DNA of 64,000 bases from Acutalibacteraceae bacterium (GCA_045590055.1 JAZNQF010000080.1:8901-72900), one strand, 5' to 3'. Positions 1 to 9,230 are shown, counted from the first letter of the stretch. Numbers and translations are program-made. The notes: generated by a model from the letters alone, not told the origin.

Positions 1-94
1 GTAAGAATTGTGTTGGATGTATATGCAATATCTGTTTCGAAAACTTTTAGCAGGAAGCAAATATCAAAGTCCGCACTTTTAATAGAATATTCCA

Positions 95-451
95 TTATTT
101 GTTGTTCTCCTTTGCTGTGTTGATGGAGGAGATGAGCATTCTGCGAATTGAACCACAGTCATGCAAAGCTTTCTTCGAAACATCATCAGTGATAATACCG
201 GCTTTTTGTGCTATTTCAATCCAATATTCTGTTTCATAGCACTCCTTTAAAGCAATTTGCAACTTGGCTATAAAATCGGGGCGGCTGTGCGCATACTTGG
301 CCTCACGGATATTTGCACCAATGCTTGTCCCGCTTCTTTCAAGTTGATTTGAGAGAGAATAATGCCCCTTGATGTTTTCAGTTAGTTTTAAGATTTGAAT
401 TGCAAATTCTGTTGACATATCTGCAAGCTTGTTTTCAGCCACCGCAATCAC
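95..451 (-). CDS. four-helix-bundle protein (23S rRNA intervening-sequence protein / Avd-like family)
   Basis: 118-aa ORF with a GTG start preceded by GAAGAGG. The pattern SNQLERSGTSIGANIREA...DFIAKLQIALKECYETEYWIEIA is typical of this family. Confidence 0.7.
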   Translation of the reverse strand: MIAVAENKLADMSTEFAIQILKLTENIKGHYSLSNQLERSGTSIGANIREAKYAHSRPDFIAKLQIALKECYETEYWIEIAQKAGIITDDVSKKALHDCGSIRRMLISSINTAKENNK

Positions 452-463
452 CTCTTCGGCTAC

Positions 464-492
464 ATTATATCACAAATTTCAATGATTTTCAA
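464..492 (-). promoter_or_regulatory. sigma-A-type promoter for the four-helix-bundle gene
   Basis: On the minus strand: TTGAAA, 17 nt spacer, TATAAT. It lies about 15 nt upstream of the RBS and GTG start. Confidence 0.5.
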
Positions 493-653
493 TGAAATCG
501 CGCAAAGCGCGATGAAATCCGAGCGAAGCTCGGATGAAATCTGCTTCGCAGATGAAATTAAATCCGCCCTTCGTCCCAACGAAGTTGGATTTCATCACGA
601 AGTGATTTCATCCCACGTTAGTGGGATTTATTCCGTCTGTAAGGACGGATTTA
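491..653. repeat. array of 7 mini-hairpins separated by GATGAAATC / GATTTCATC motifs
   Basis: The motif occurs in direct orientation at 492, 511, 533 and 551, and inverted at 587, 604, 624 and 647. Between motifs are 4-6 bp stems: 499-511, 519-533, 541-551, 569-584, 594-606, 612-625 and 633-648. Confidence 0.65.
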
Positions 654-655
654 GT

Positions 656-693
656 TGAAAAGAACCCACACTTGTCGTAGACAAATGTGGGTT
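656..693 (-). terminator. intrinsic terminator of tRNA-Ser
   Basis: 14-bp stem (663-676 / 680-693). It is fully paired only on the minus strand, where one position is a G-U pair. It is followed on the minus strand by CTTTTC. Confidence 0.6.
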
Positions 694-699
694 GTTTTC

Positions 700-788
700 T
701 GGCGGAGACGGTGGGATTCGAACCCACGGGGGATTGCTCCCTAACTGATTTCGAGTCAGCCCCGTTATGACCACTTCGATACGTCTCC
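700..788 (-). tRNA. tRNA-Ser, anticodon CGA, class II with long variable arm, CCA encoded
   Basis: The reverse complement reads GGAGACG...GCUGA-CUCGAAA-UCAGU...GGGAGCAAUCCC...GUGGGUUCGAAUCCCAC-CGUCUCC-G-CCA. Acceptor, anticodon, variable and T arms all pair. Confidence 0.9.
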
Positions 789-807
789 GGATATTTACAA
801 CTTCGTT

Positions 808-836
808 ATTCTACCAAAGTATCAATTGTTTGTCAA
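808..836 (-). promoter_or_regulatory. promoter of tRNA-Ser
   Basis: On the minus strand: TTGACA, 17 nt spacer, TAGAAT. It ends about 19 nt before the tRNA 5' end. Confidence 0.55.
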
Positions 837-893
837 TAACCAAGGCGGATTTTCGTGCAATCTTTGAGACGATATAACAACACAGAATCTACC

Positions 894-2522
894 TTAGCCG
901 AAAATCAACGTCTGCGAAAAATACACAAGCTCGCCCGAGGCATTGAAATATACACCCTCGACACCTTCACCTGAAGCAAAGTGGTGACTGACATTGGCAA
1001 TCGGATATACAACCGCATCATTTATAAGCTTTTGCTCTGCGGCAAGAAGCAAGGCTGTTTTTGACTTCAAATCGGCTTTTACAATGCTTGCAATGTGGGA
1101 GTCAAACTCCGCATTGCTATAGCCGGCAATGTTGCCTTTTGCCTGCGTGACGAAAAGAGAAACCGTGTTGAGCGCAAGCGTTGACTCCGCCGCCAAAGGA
1201 TAAAAAACGAGCTGGTATGACTTGTTTTCAACGCGTTTTTTCATCGTCTCAGCGTCAACCGCTTCAACGTTGATGTTGCATGAAATGCCGAAAAGCGCCT
1301 GCCAATCCTGCAACGCGGTTTTTACGGCGGTTTCGTCATCGGTGGAGCAAAGCACGGTCAGCGAAATTTTGTCAACATTCAACTCCTTGAGCGCGGTATT
1401 CCAAAAAGCCTTCGCCTTTGCGTTGTCGGGCTGAATTGTTGTAATCGCGCCGGCTTGTGAACGGTAGTTGCCGCTGTTTGCAACGCACGTTTCGGGAATG
1501 ATGCCGTCCGCTTTTTCCATGCCGTTGAGAAGTAAATCGGCATTGAGCGAGGTGAACAGCGCAAGTCGCAGGTTTCTGTTTGATGCAATAGTGTCTGTGC
1601 AGTTGAAAAACAGTGATTTAACAATGTTTTTGTATTCATAAACAGTGAGCTTTTTGTTTTCGGCGGCTTGTGCGGCAAGCTCCTGAGTGAGCGGTGCTAC
1701 GGAATACGTGCCCTTTTTAATCTTCTCAAGTCGCGTTTCTTTCTGGTTGTTGATTGAAAAATATACAGAACTCGCCGTAGCCTGAGCTTCACCTGCATAG
1801 ACGTCACTCTTTTTTATGGTGAGCTGGGCGTCCGAAATCCATGAGCTGATATAAAACGGACCGTTTGAAATGAAATGCTTTGAATCAACGCCGTATCTGC
1901 CGCCCGTTTTTTCAAAGAAAATGCGGTGGCACGGCATGGCAACAGGGGTTGTGAGTGTATAGAGAAAATCGCTGTCTGCAGTTTCAAGGTTGATTACCAG
2001 CGTTTTGTCGTCCTTTGCATACACACCGAGTTGCCCGACGGGTACAGTGCCGTTGAGTACTGCAGCTCCGTTTTTGATTGACGTGAGGTCGTGTGCATAG
2101 GCTGAGCCGGTTGAAGCGGAAAGAGCCCTGCCGAAAGCAAACACAAAATCGTCTGCGGTAACACGGAAATCGTATGCTTGCTCAAAGTTTTCCCCAAGGA
2201 AATCTTCAGCAGAGGAGGGGACACGCCACATGGCGTCATCACGCAGCTTGAACGTGTATGTGAGACCGCCGTCTGACACGTCCCAGCTTGTTGCAACACC
2301 TGGTGCGATGTTGCCGTCAGCATCAAGGCGCACAAGCCCCTCAAAGCAGTTGGCCACGATGATGCGGTTGCCCTCACCCGTAACAATTTGCGGGTCAAGG
2401 TAGGTGGGTAAAACGTCAATCGGGTATACAACCTGCTTACCTTCGCCTGTGTCTTTTGAGCAGGAGCAAAATGTCAGTATCATCAAAACTGCAACAAATG
2501 TGCTGAGAAGTTTTTTAAACAT
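894..2522 (-). CDS. ABC transporter substrate-binding lipoprotein, family 5 (peptide/nickel type)
   Basis: 542-aa ORF. Signal peptide with lipobox (LTFCSC). Length and sequence style match OppA/DppA-like SBPs. No permease or ATPase gene is adjacent. Confidence 0.75.
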   Translation of the reverse strand: MFKKLLSTFVAVLMILTFCSCSKDTGEGKQVVYPIDVLPTYLDPQIVTGEGNRIIVANCFEGLVRLDADGNIAPGVATSWDVSDGGLTYTFKLRDDAMWRVPSSAEDFLGENFEQAYDFRVTADDFVFAFGRALSASTGSAYAHDLTSIKNGAAVLNGTVPVGQLGVYAKDDKTLVINLETADSDFLYTLTTPVAMPCHRIFFEKTGGRYGVDSKHFISNGPFYISSWISDAQLTIKKSDVYAGEAQATASSVYFSINNQKETRLEKIKKGTYSVAPLTQELAAQAAENKKLTVYEYKNIVKSLFFNCTDTIASNRNLRLALFTSLNADLLLNGMEKADGIIPETCVANSGNYRSQAGAITTIQPDNAKAKAFWNTALKELNVDKISLTVLCSTDDETAVKTALQDWQALFGISCNINVEAVDAETMKKRVENKSYQLVFYPLAAESTLALNTVSLFVTQAKGNIAGYSNAEFDSHIASIVKADLKSKTALLLAAEQKLINDAVVYPIANVSHHFASGEGVEGVYFNASGELVYFSQTLIFG

Positions 2523-2701
2523 AACTTATATTTAACCGGCAAAGAATCGCCATATTCCTTTCGGGTTTTGTTGGTGCTCAGACCGAAAAAACGGTTTAAG
2601 CTCAAGTATTCTGAAAAAATTGAATTTTACGGTTAACATTTTACAGTATATCTGCTATAATTTCAATACAAAAATCAGATTTGATGATTACGGAGGTAAA
2701 A

Positions 2702-4012
2702 ATGAAAGATACATATTTGCTCTATATACTCATTGTTCTCACACTTGCACTCATTGGGCTTTGTGTGCTTGTGCTCACAAAAATCAAAAATCTTTCCGCT
2801 GAAGGAGACGGCTCGGCTAAGGGGTTCTTTGATTCTATGCTCAAAACCGTCGGCGAAGAATTCTCACGCAGTCGCTCCGAAAACCAGAATGCACAACGTG
2901 TGCAGAGGGAGGAGATGACACAGTCTCTCGGCCGCATTGAGCAGAAGCTCATTGCAATGAATGAGGATAACTACCGTCAGCGCCTGAGCATGAACGAAAC
3001 CCTTGCCGCAGGTCTTGAGAATATCCTCAAAAGCACCGCTGCGCAGAGCGAAAGGCAGACCGCAACCGTGCAGGCGGCAGTTGAAAAAATGCAGCAGAGC
3101 AACGAGCAGAGGCTTGAACAAATGCGGGTCACCGTAGACGAAAAGCTCTCCGCCACCCTTGCAACAAGGCTCGACAGTTCATTTAAGTCGGTGTCCGAAC
3201 AGCTTGAAAACGTTTATAAATCACTTGGCGAAATGAAGGTTTTGTCCACGGGCGTTACAGATAACGTCACCGCGCTCAACCGTATTCTCACAAATGTCAA
3301 AGTACGCGGTACGTGGGCAGAAGTTCAGCTCGACGGAATACTGAGTGAAACAATACCCGGAATGTACGAGCGCAACGTAAACACGGGCGATTCGCGCGAG
3401 CTTGTTGAGTTTGCCGTTAAAATACCTTCGTCTGATGATAAGGGGAAGATCACTTATCTGCCCGTTGATTCAAAGTTTCCTGTTGAGGATTACGTCCGCT
3501 TGTGCGATGCCGCCGACAGAGGCGACCGTGACGGTGTGAACGAAGCGAGGAAAGCACTGTCAAGACGCGTTCTTACCTTTGCAAAAGATGTTTCAAAATA
3601 TATCAACGAGCCTGTCACAACACCCTTTGCAATCATGTATCTTGCAACCGAGGGGCTCTACAGTGAAATCATCAATTCACCCGACGGTATTGCAGAGCGT
3701 GCACATTCCGAGTTCGGAGTAATGATTGCCGGTCCGAGCACAATCACCGCCTTGCTCAACAGCCTTGCGCTCGGTTTCAGGGCCATGGCAATCAACGAAA
3801 AAACAAGGGAAATCCGCACACTGCTTGCAGCCGCAAAAATGCAGTATGACAAATTCGGCGACCTTCTGCAGAAGGCAAGAAAGAAGATTGACGAGGCTGG
3901 TAAAAGTCTTGATGATGCTCAGTTCCGCAACACGCAGATTCAGAAAAAGCTTCGCGGAGTTGAGGAAATCGACTCCGGAAGCGCGGCGGATCTGTTGGGT
4001 ATAGAAGAATAA
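2702..4012 (+). CDS. rmuC: DNA recombination protein RmuC
   Basis: ATG at 2702 after GGAGG. N-terminal TM helix, a long coiled-coil Q/E-rich region, and a conserved RmuC C-terminal part (VRGTWAEVQLDGIL, YLPVDSKFP). Confidence 0.85.
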   Translation: MKDTYLLYILIVLTLALIGLCVLVLTKIKNLSAEGDGSAKGFFDSMLKTVGEEFSRSRSENQNAQRVQREEMTQSLGRIEQKLIAMNEDNYRQRLSMNETLAAGLENILKSTAAQSERQTATVQAAVEKMQQSNEQRLEQMRVTVDEKLSATLATRLDSSFKSVSEQLENVYKSLGEMKVLSTGVTDNVTALNRILTNVKVRGTWAEVQLDGILSETIPGMYERNVNTGDSRELVEFAVKIPSSDDKGKITYLPVDSKFPVEDYVRLCDAADRGDRDGVNEARKALSRRVLTFAKDVSKYINEPVTTPFAIMYLATEGLYSEIINSPDGIAERAHSEFGVMIAGPSTITALLNSLALGFRAMAINEKTREIRTLLAAAKMQYDKFGDLLQKARKKIDEAGKSLDDAQFRNTQIQKKLRGVEEIDSGSAADLLGIEE

Positions 4013-4064
4013 ACTGCAACGCCCGATTTCGTATAGCTTTTGTTTGTATGCGCAATAGGTTTTT

Positions 4065-4108
4065 TAGCGTATTTTACCGTGACAGAGTTGCGGTGAAATA
4101 CGCTTTTT
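4065..4108 (+). terminator. intrinsic terminator after rmuC
   Basis: 14-bp stem AGCGTATTTTACCG / CGGTGAAATACGCT followed by TTTT. Confidence 0.7.
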
Positions 4109-4308
4109 GATATAAACGGTGCTTAATTTAAAAAACATTAAAACAAATTCCAAATTATAGATTACCAACAGAATGGCGGTTTGTGTTTGCAAACATGCAG
4201 TAAGATAACAAACTGACTGTTGAAAAACTAACTTTCGGTATGATAAAATGACCAACGAAAAATAAATGTCGGTGTATGTCTGCCGGCTCAAAAACGGAGG
4301 AATTTGAT

Positions 4309-6003
4309 ATGTCAAAGATCGAAAAACCCGCTATTCTTGCATGTGACAGTCTTCTGCCCTCAGGCGACTACAACTGCTACGATTACTACATCGCAAACAC
4401 AGAAAAGTTTGGTTGTGACTATGTTGCATTTCAGCACATGGGCCGCGATCACATGCGTTCAGAGTTTATCGCTGATATCGAAGCTCTCAGTTACTATTTT
4501 CAGAATGACCTCGGCTTCAAAAAGGGCGACGTTTACTCAGTATTCATGCCCAACAACGCAGAGTGCATGACAATCTTCTATGCTCTCAACAAGCTCGGTG
4601 TAATTGTAAACTTCATTCATCCGCTTCTTCCTCCCGACGTTCTTCTTGACACCATGCAGTTCACACGCTCAAACGGTGTTGTTATGCTTGAAAGCTTCGT
4701 TCCCAGATACATATCCGTCATCAAGGAACACAACGTACCCGCAGTTGTTGTATGCCCTGCAATGTATGCAATGCCTGCACAGGCAAAGGGTACCGTAAAG
4801 CCAGCAGAAGACGTTGCAAAGCTTCTTGATGATAACGGCATCAGCTGGATCGGCTATCCCGAAATCGTTACAAAATATGCAGGCAAAACCGTTGACGGTC
4901 TGCACAACAACCCTGAAGACATCGCAGTTTATCTCAACGGCGGCGGCACAACAGGCAAGAGCAGAACAATCATGCACAACAACAAGTGCCTCAACGAAAT
5001 CATCACTAAGATCGGCGGAAACATCGAGCCTATCGAAAATCCCGGCTCATGCCATAAGGTTGTTTCCCTTCCCTTCTTCCATGCATACGGTCTTGCAGCA
5101 GGCGGTTTTTCAACCCTCGTAAACGGTGCAGTTCTTGTGCCTATGATGCGCTTTGAAGCTGACAAGTTTGTTGAACTTCTCCAAAAGCTCAACTGCTATG
5201 AAATCGTTGGTGTACCCAACATGTATAAGAAGCTCCTTGCAGAGCCCGGCTTCGCAGGCGAGCACCTCAGCCGCATTAAGTACATGTTCGCAGGCGGCGA
5301 CTATGTTGCTGAAGATTTCTCAAACGAATTCACCGCAGTTATGGAAAAATACGGCTCAGAAGCAAAGCTCCTTGCAGGCTACGGTCTCACAGAGGCTTGC
5401 GCTATCGACTGCTCAAACACCAACTGGGAATACAAGATGGGTTCCGTTGGTAAGCCTCTTCGCGGCAACATCGCTGAAATCTGGGACGAAAACTGCAACA
5501 AGCTTCCCAACGGCGAAATCGGTGAAATCGTATTCACAGGCTCAACCGTAATGGTTGGTTACCTCAACCACGAAGGTATTGAAAATAAGGGCGTATATAT
5601 CGACGAAAACGGCACAAGATGGATCCGCACCGGTGACTGCGGCTTCATGGATGACGAAGGCTTCGTATATTTCCGCGGCCGTGAAAAGAGACTCATTGTC
5701 ATCTCCGGTTACAACGTTTTCCCGCATGACATCGAAACAACAGTTATGACTCTCGGCTATTTTGACGAGTGCTGCGCCGTTCAGGGCTACAAAGACGGCA
5801 AGGAAATCGTAAGACTTTACTGCGTACTTCACGATAAGGATGCAGACAAAGCTCAGATTGAAAAGGATGTTATTGCACTTTGCGAGAATAAGCTCACTAT
5901 CTTCTCCGTACCGCGTGACATTCAGTACATTGATGCAATTCCGCGTACCCGTATGGAAAAGGTTGACTTCATGAAGTTAACCGAAACCAAGCCGCTCACA
6001 TAA
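4309..6003 (+). CDS. AMP-dependent synthetase/ligase (acyl-CoA or acyl-carrier ligase, ANL superfamily)
   Basis: ATG at 4309 after GGAGG. ANL motifs seen: GGGTTGKSR, GYGLTEA, TGDCGFMDDEGFVYFRGREKRLI and SGYNVFPHDIE. Confidence 0.8.
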   Translation: MSKIEKPAILACDSLLPSGDYNCYDYYIANTEKFGCDYVAFQHMGRDHMRSEFIADIEALSYYFQNDLGFKKGDVYSVFMPNNAECMTIFYALNKLGVIVNFIHPLLPPDVLLDTMQFTRSNGVVMLESFVPRYISVIKEHNVPAVVVCPAMYAMPAQAKGTVKPAEDVAKLLDDNGISWIGYPEIVTKYAGKTVDGLHNNPEDIAVYLNGGGTTGKSRTIMHNNKCLNEIITKIGGNIEPIENPGSCHKVVSLPFFHAYGLAAGGFSTLVNGAVLVPMMRFEADKFVELLQKLNCYEIVGVPNMYKKLLAEPGFAGEHLSRIKYMFAGGDYVAEDFSNEFTAVMEKYGSEAKLLAGYGLTEACAIDCSNTNWEYKMGSVGKPLRGNIAEIWDENCNKLPNGEIGEIVFTGSTVMVGYLNHEGIENKGVYIDENGTRWIRTGDCGFMDDEGFVYFRGREKRLIVISGYNVFPHDIETTVMTLGYFDECCAVQGYKDGKEIVRLYCVLHDKDADKAQIEKDVIALCENKLTIFSVPRDIQYIDAIPRTRMEKVDFMKLTETKPLT

Positions 6004-6006
6004 GAG

Positions 6007-6515
6007 GGCTTGTTGATAAACGCACATTATGTCATTTTTTTGCCCGCTCGGAGTACTGTTGTACACCGTCGGGGCAAAGAAAATGCCATCCTGCACATTT
6101 CTCAACAACCCCGTGGCTTGCTGATAAACGCGCAATAGGTCATGTTTCTTTCTCGCTCGGAGTACTTTTGTACACCGTCGGGGCAAAGAAAATGCCGTCC
6201 TGCACATTTCTCAACACCCCCTCGGCTTGCCGATAAACGCACAATAGGTCATGTTTCTTTCTCGCCCTGAGTACCCTTGTACACCGTTGGGGCAAAGAAA
6301 ATGCCATCCTGCACATTTCTCAACAACCCCTCGGCTTGCCGATAAACGCGCAAAAATGATACAAAAAAGTCCAAGGTGAGAGCCTTGGGCTTTTTACATG
6401 ATATTGTCATTTTTCAGCCGCGCGGAGTACCCTTGTACACCGTCGGGGCAAATAAAATGCCATCCTGCACATTTCTCAACACCCTCTCGGCTTGTCGATA
6501 AACGCGCAAAATTAA
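6007..6515. repeat. tandem repeat array A, about 109-bp unit, about 4.5 copies
   Basis: Unit starts (GGCTTG) at 6007, 6115, 6224, 6333 and 6489. Copy 4 is interrupted by an insert of about 50 bp. The copies are highly similar over their whole length. Confidence 0.9.
6369..6395 (+). terminator. terminator-like hairpin inserted in repeat copy 4
   Basis: GTCCAAGG-TGAGAG-CCTTGGGC followed by TTTTT. One T-G wobble pairs only on the plus strand. Confidence 0.5.
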
Positions 6516-6548
6516 AAATGCCCGAAGCTGTGTGTTTCGGGCATTTCT
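6514..6548. terminator. bidirectional terminator (mainly for ispE)
   Basis: ATGCCCGAA / TTCGGGCAT stem, flanked by an A-run upstream and T-rich sequence downstream. On the minus strand it is followed by TTTTTAATTTT. Confidence 0.65.
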
Positions 6549-6564
6549 ATATCACTCTGATTTG

Positions 6565-7437
6565 TCAGTTCACAATTTCACAACCGCATTCACTCGGCTT
6601 GCAGATGAAAACATCCTTGAAATCTTCTGCAAGCTTGTCTTTGCACAGTTGAGCGTCCTTTTCGTTTTCAAATATGCCGAAAACGGTGGGACCGCTGCCG
6701 CTCATGCACGTTGCGATTGCTGAACATTCGCGCATAACTGCCTTGATGCTTGCCCTTTGCGGCACGTCAACAACCTGCTCAAAAACGTTGTTGCACAGTG
6801 AGCAGATCATTTCAAAGTCGCCGTTGTCCGCGGCGTGAAGCATGGCCTCTTTGTCAAGGTGGCGTATGTGCGGCGCGTTGTCATAGTCGCCGTATGCCTT
6901 GGGGGTCGAAACGTTACATTCAGGCTTGCAAAGCACAATGTGGCAAGCCTTCAGCGGCTCAACAGGGGACACAACTCCGCCTGCCGCCTGCACAATGCAT
7001 GTGCCGCCGAGGATGCAGAAGGGTACATCTGAGCCAACAGCTTTGCCGATTGAAAACAGCGCGGGCAGGCTCAGGTTTGTGCCGTGTAGCTTGTTGAGTG
7101 CAATAATCACTGCCGCCGCATCTGCGCTTCCGCCGGCAAGACCGGCTTCGTGCGGAATCTGCTTGCTGATAGCGATTTCAACACCGTTATTCACGATGCC
7201 TGTTTTCTCGTAAAAAGCAACCGCCGCCTTGTACGCAGTGTTGCGCTCGTCGCAGGGCACACCGTCTTTATTGCATATAATTGTGATTTTTCCGTTATCC
7301 GTCAGTGAGACTTTTACCGTATCATAAAGGTCAACCGATTGCATGAGCATGAAAAGGCTGTGGTAACCGTTTTCGAGTTTGCCCGTAATGTCGAGCATTA
7401 GGTTGATTTTTGCATAGGCTCTGACTTCAACTTTCAT
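6565..7437 (-). CDS. ispE: 4-diphosphocytidyl-2-C-methyl-D-erythritol kinase
   Basis: Starts MKVEVRAYAKINLMLDI... and carries a GHMP kinase motif (PHEAGLAGGSADAAA). The ORF-track N-terminal extension (to 7500) was trimmed to the conserved start. Confidence 0.85.
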   Translation of the reverse strand: MKVEVRAYAKINLMLDITGKLENGYHSLFMLMQSVDLYDTVKVSLTDNGKITIICNKDGVPCDERNTAYKAAVAFYEKTGIVNNGVEIAISKQIPHEAGLAGGSADAAAVIIALNKLHGTNLSLPALFSIGKAVGSDVPFCILGGTCIVQAAGGVVSPVEPLKACHIVLCKPECNVSTPKAYGDYDNAPHIRHLDKEAMLHAADNGDFEMICSLCNNVFEQVVDVPQRASIKAVMRECSAIATCMSGSGPTVFGIFENEKDAQLCKDKLAEDFKDVFICKPSECGCEIVN

Positions 7438-7674
7438 TGTTTGCACCCCTTTGAATCGGATTACATCTGCAATAATACCACGCGGAAGATGTGATGTCAA
7501 ATCTTATATTGCGGTGCTTTGGGAGGACATATTGCTTGAAAAAGCGCATTTATCAGACAAAAATTTTAATTTCTGTTTATAAATGCACTTATATTTCTCT
7601 TTTGTGTCTTGTAATATTCGAAAAAACATTATATACTTAAAGCAGTTTGAAAAATTGCACAAGGATGAACGGAA

Positions 7675-9230
7675 ATGGAATTGGATCAGATCAAGAGTCT
7701 TAAAAATATGATAGACTTTGCCGATGAACATTTTGCGGGTGAAGATTTTATCAGGTATAAGGTTGATGGGGGGCTTGCCTCAAAAACTTATGCCCAGCTT
7801 AAGTGCGCCTGCGATGCTTTCAGCAGAATGCTTGAGGCAAAGCAGCTCAAGGGCGCTCACGTTGCCGTTGTAGGTCCCACTTGCTTTGAGTGGATTGTTA
7901 CATATCTCGGCACGGTCAATTCCAACAGTGTTATCATCCCCCTTGCCGCAAACGAGAGCACGGAAATGAACTGCAAACTCATGGATTTTGTTGACACCGA
8001 TGTTTTCGTTTTTGACAAAGCACATGTTGAACTTTATCACGCCGTAAAATCAAGCCTCTCCAACATCCGCTTTTATATTTCTCTTGACGGCGCAGTTGAG
8101 GAAGAAGGCGTAATTTCCTTTGCTGATATTATTGAAGAATTTGCCGGCGTTTATAACTATGAGCCCGATGAAAATGTGATGTGCACCATTCTTCTCACAT
8201 CGGGCACAACGGGCTTCCCGAAGGGCGTTATGCTTTCGCACCGCAACCTTGTTTCTGCTGCAATGAGTGTGAACGAAAACTGCACCGCAAGGAGTGTGCT
8301 TTCCTGCCTTCCCATTCATCATGCATTTTGCTTCAACACAAACTTCCTCAAGCTTATTTTCCGCGGAGCAACTGCCTGCATCAATGACAATCTTATGAAT
8401 CTGCTTGCAGATATCAGACTTTTTTCACCGGACAGCATTGTTGTTGTTCCTCAGCTTGCAAAGAAGCTGATGGAAGGTGCAATCATGTTTTCCAAGGCTC
8501 ATCCCGAATTTCCCGTCAGCGATGCAGTGCATTCCTTCTTAGGCAACAGCGGCAAAATCATCTCAGGTGGTGCGCCTCTTGATGCAACCCTCAGCGCACG
8601 CTATAACGGTACGGGGATGCTTGTGCTCAACGGCTACGGTATGTCTGAATGTGCACCCTGCATTGCAAATAACACGCCCAACGATTACCGCCACGGCTCT
8701 GTAGGTAAACCAATACCGTGCGTACAGACAAAGATTGAAAACGGCGAGCTCCTTGTCAAGGGCGACAACGTAATGCTCGGCTATTATAAAAACCCCGAAG
8801 CCACCAAGGAAGCCTTCACAGACGACGGATGGATGCATACGGGTGATCTCGGCCATTTTGATGAAGACGGATATCTCTACATAACGGGCAGATGCAAAAA
8901 CCTCATTCTTCTTGACAACGGCGAAAACGTCTCAGCCGAATTCCTTGAGGAACGTTTTTCATCCGAGCCGCTTGTTGCGGAGGTTGTGGTTTACGGTGAG
9001 GACGGTGCAATCTGCGCAGAACTGTTCCTTAACCACGAACTGATGCAAAAACAGAACATAACTGACATTGACGCTGAAATGATGGAGCTTCTTTCAAGGG
9101 TAAACAACGGTTTACCGCCTCATCAGCGCATTTCAACCTACGTTATCCGCGACATTCCGTTTGAGCGTACCGCATCACAGAAGATAAAAAGAATAAGCGG
9201 CAAACCTTCAAGGAAGGCGCCCCGTGTTGA
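7675..9230 (+). other. domain: ANL adenylation domain, fatty-acyl ligase-like (approximate bounds)
   Basis: Motifs LLTSGTTGFPKGVMLSHRNL, GYGMSECAP and TGDLGHFDEDGYLYITGRCKNLILLDNGENV. Confidence 0.75.

Noticed and set aside
95-893. Diversity-generating retroelement or integrated mobile element at tRNA-Ser
   Set aside because: No reverse transcriptase, TR/VR pair, integrase, or direct repeat of the tRNA 3' end is visible within the window. This cannot be excluded to the left of position 1, so it is kept only as a low-interest note.
6007-6515. Possible CRISPR array (regular repeats in an intergenic region)
   Set aside because: The whole ~109-bp unit is repeated head to tail. There are no unique spacers, and the unit length is far outside CRISPR repeat size. 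No cas genes are in the window.
5977-6652. ORFs 5977-6207 (-), 6398-6652 (+) and 6532-6723 (+) inside repeat array A
   Set aside because: They are by-products of the repeat: peptide motifs recur out of phase, and there are no RBSs. They run through terminator hairpins or into the ispE antisense strand.
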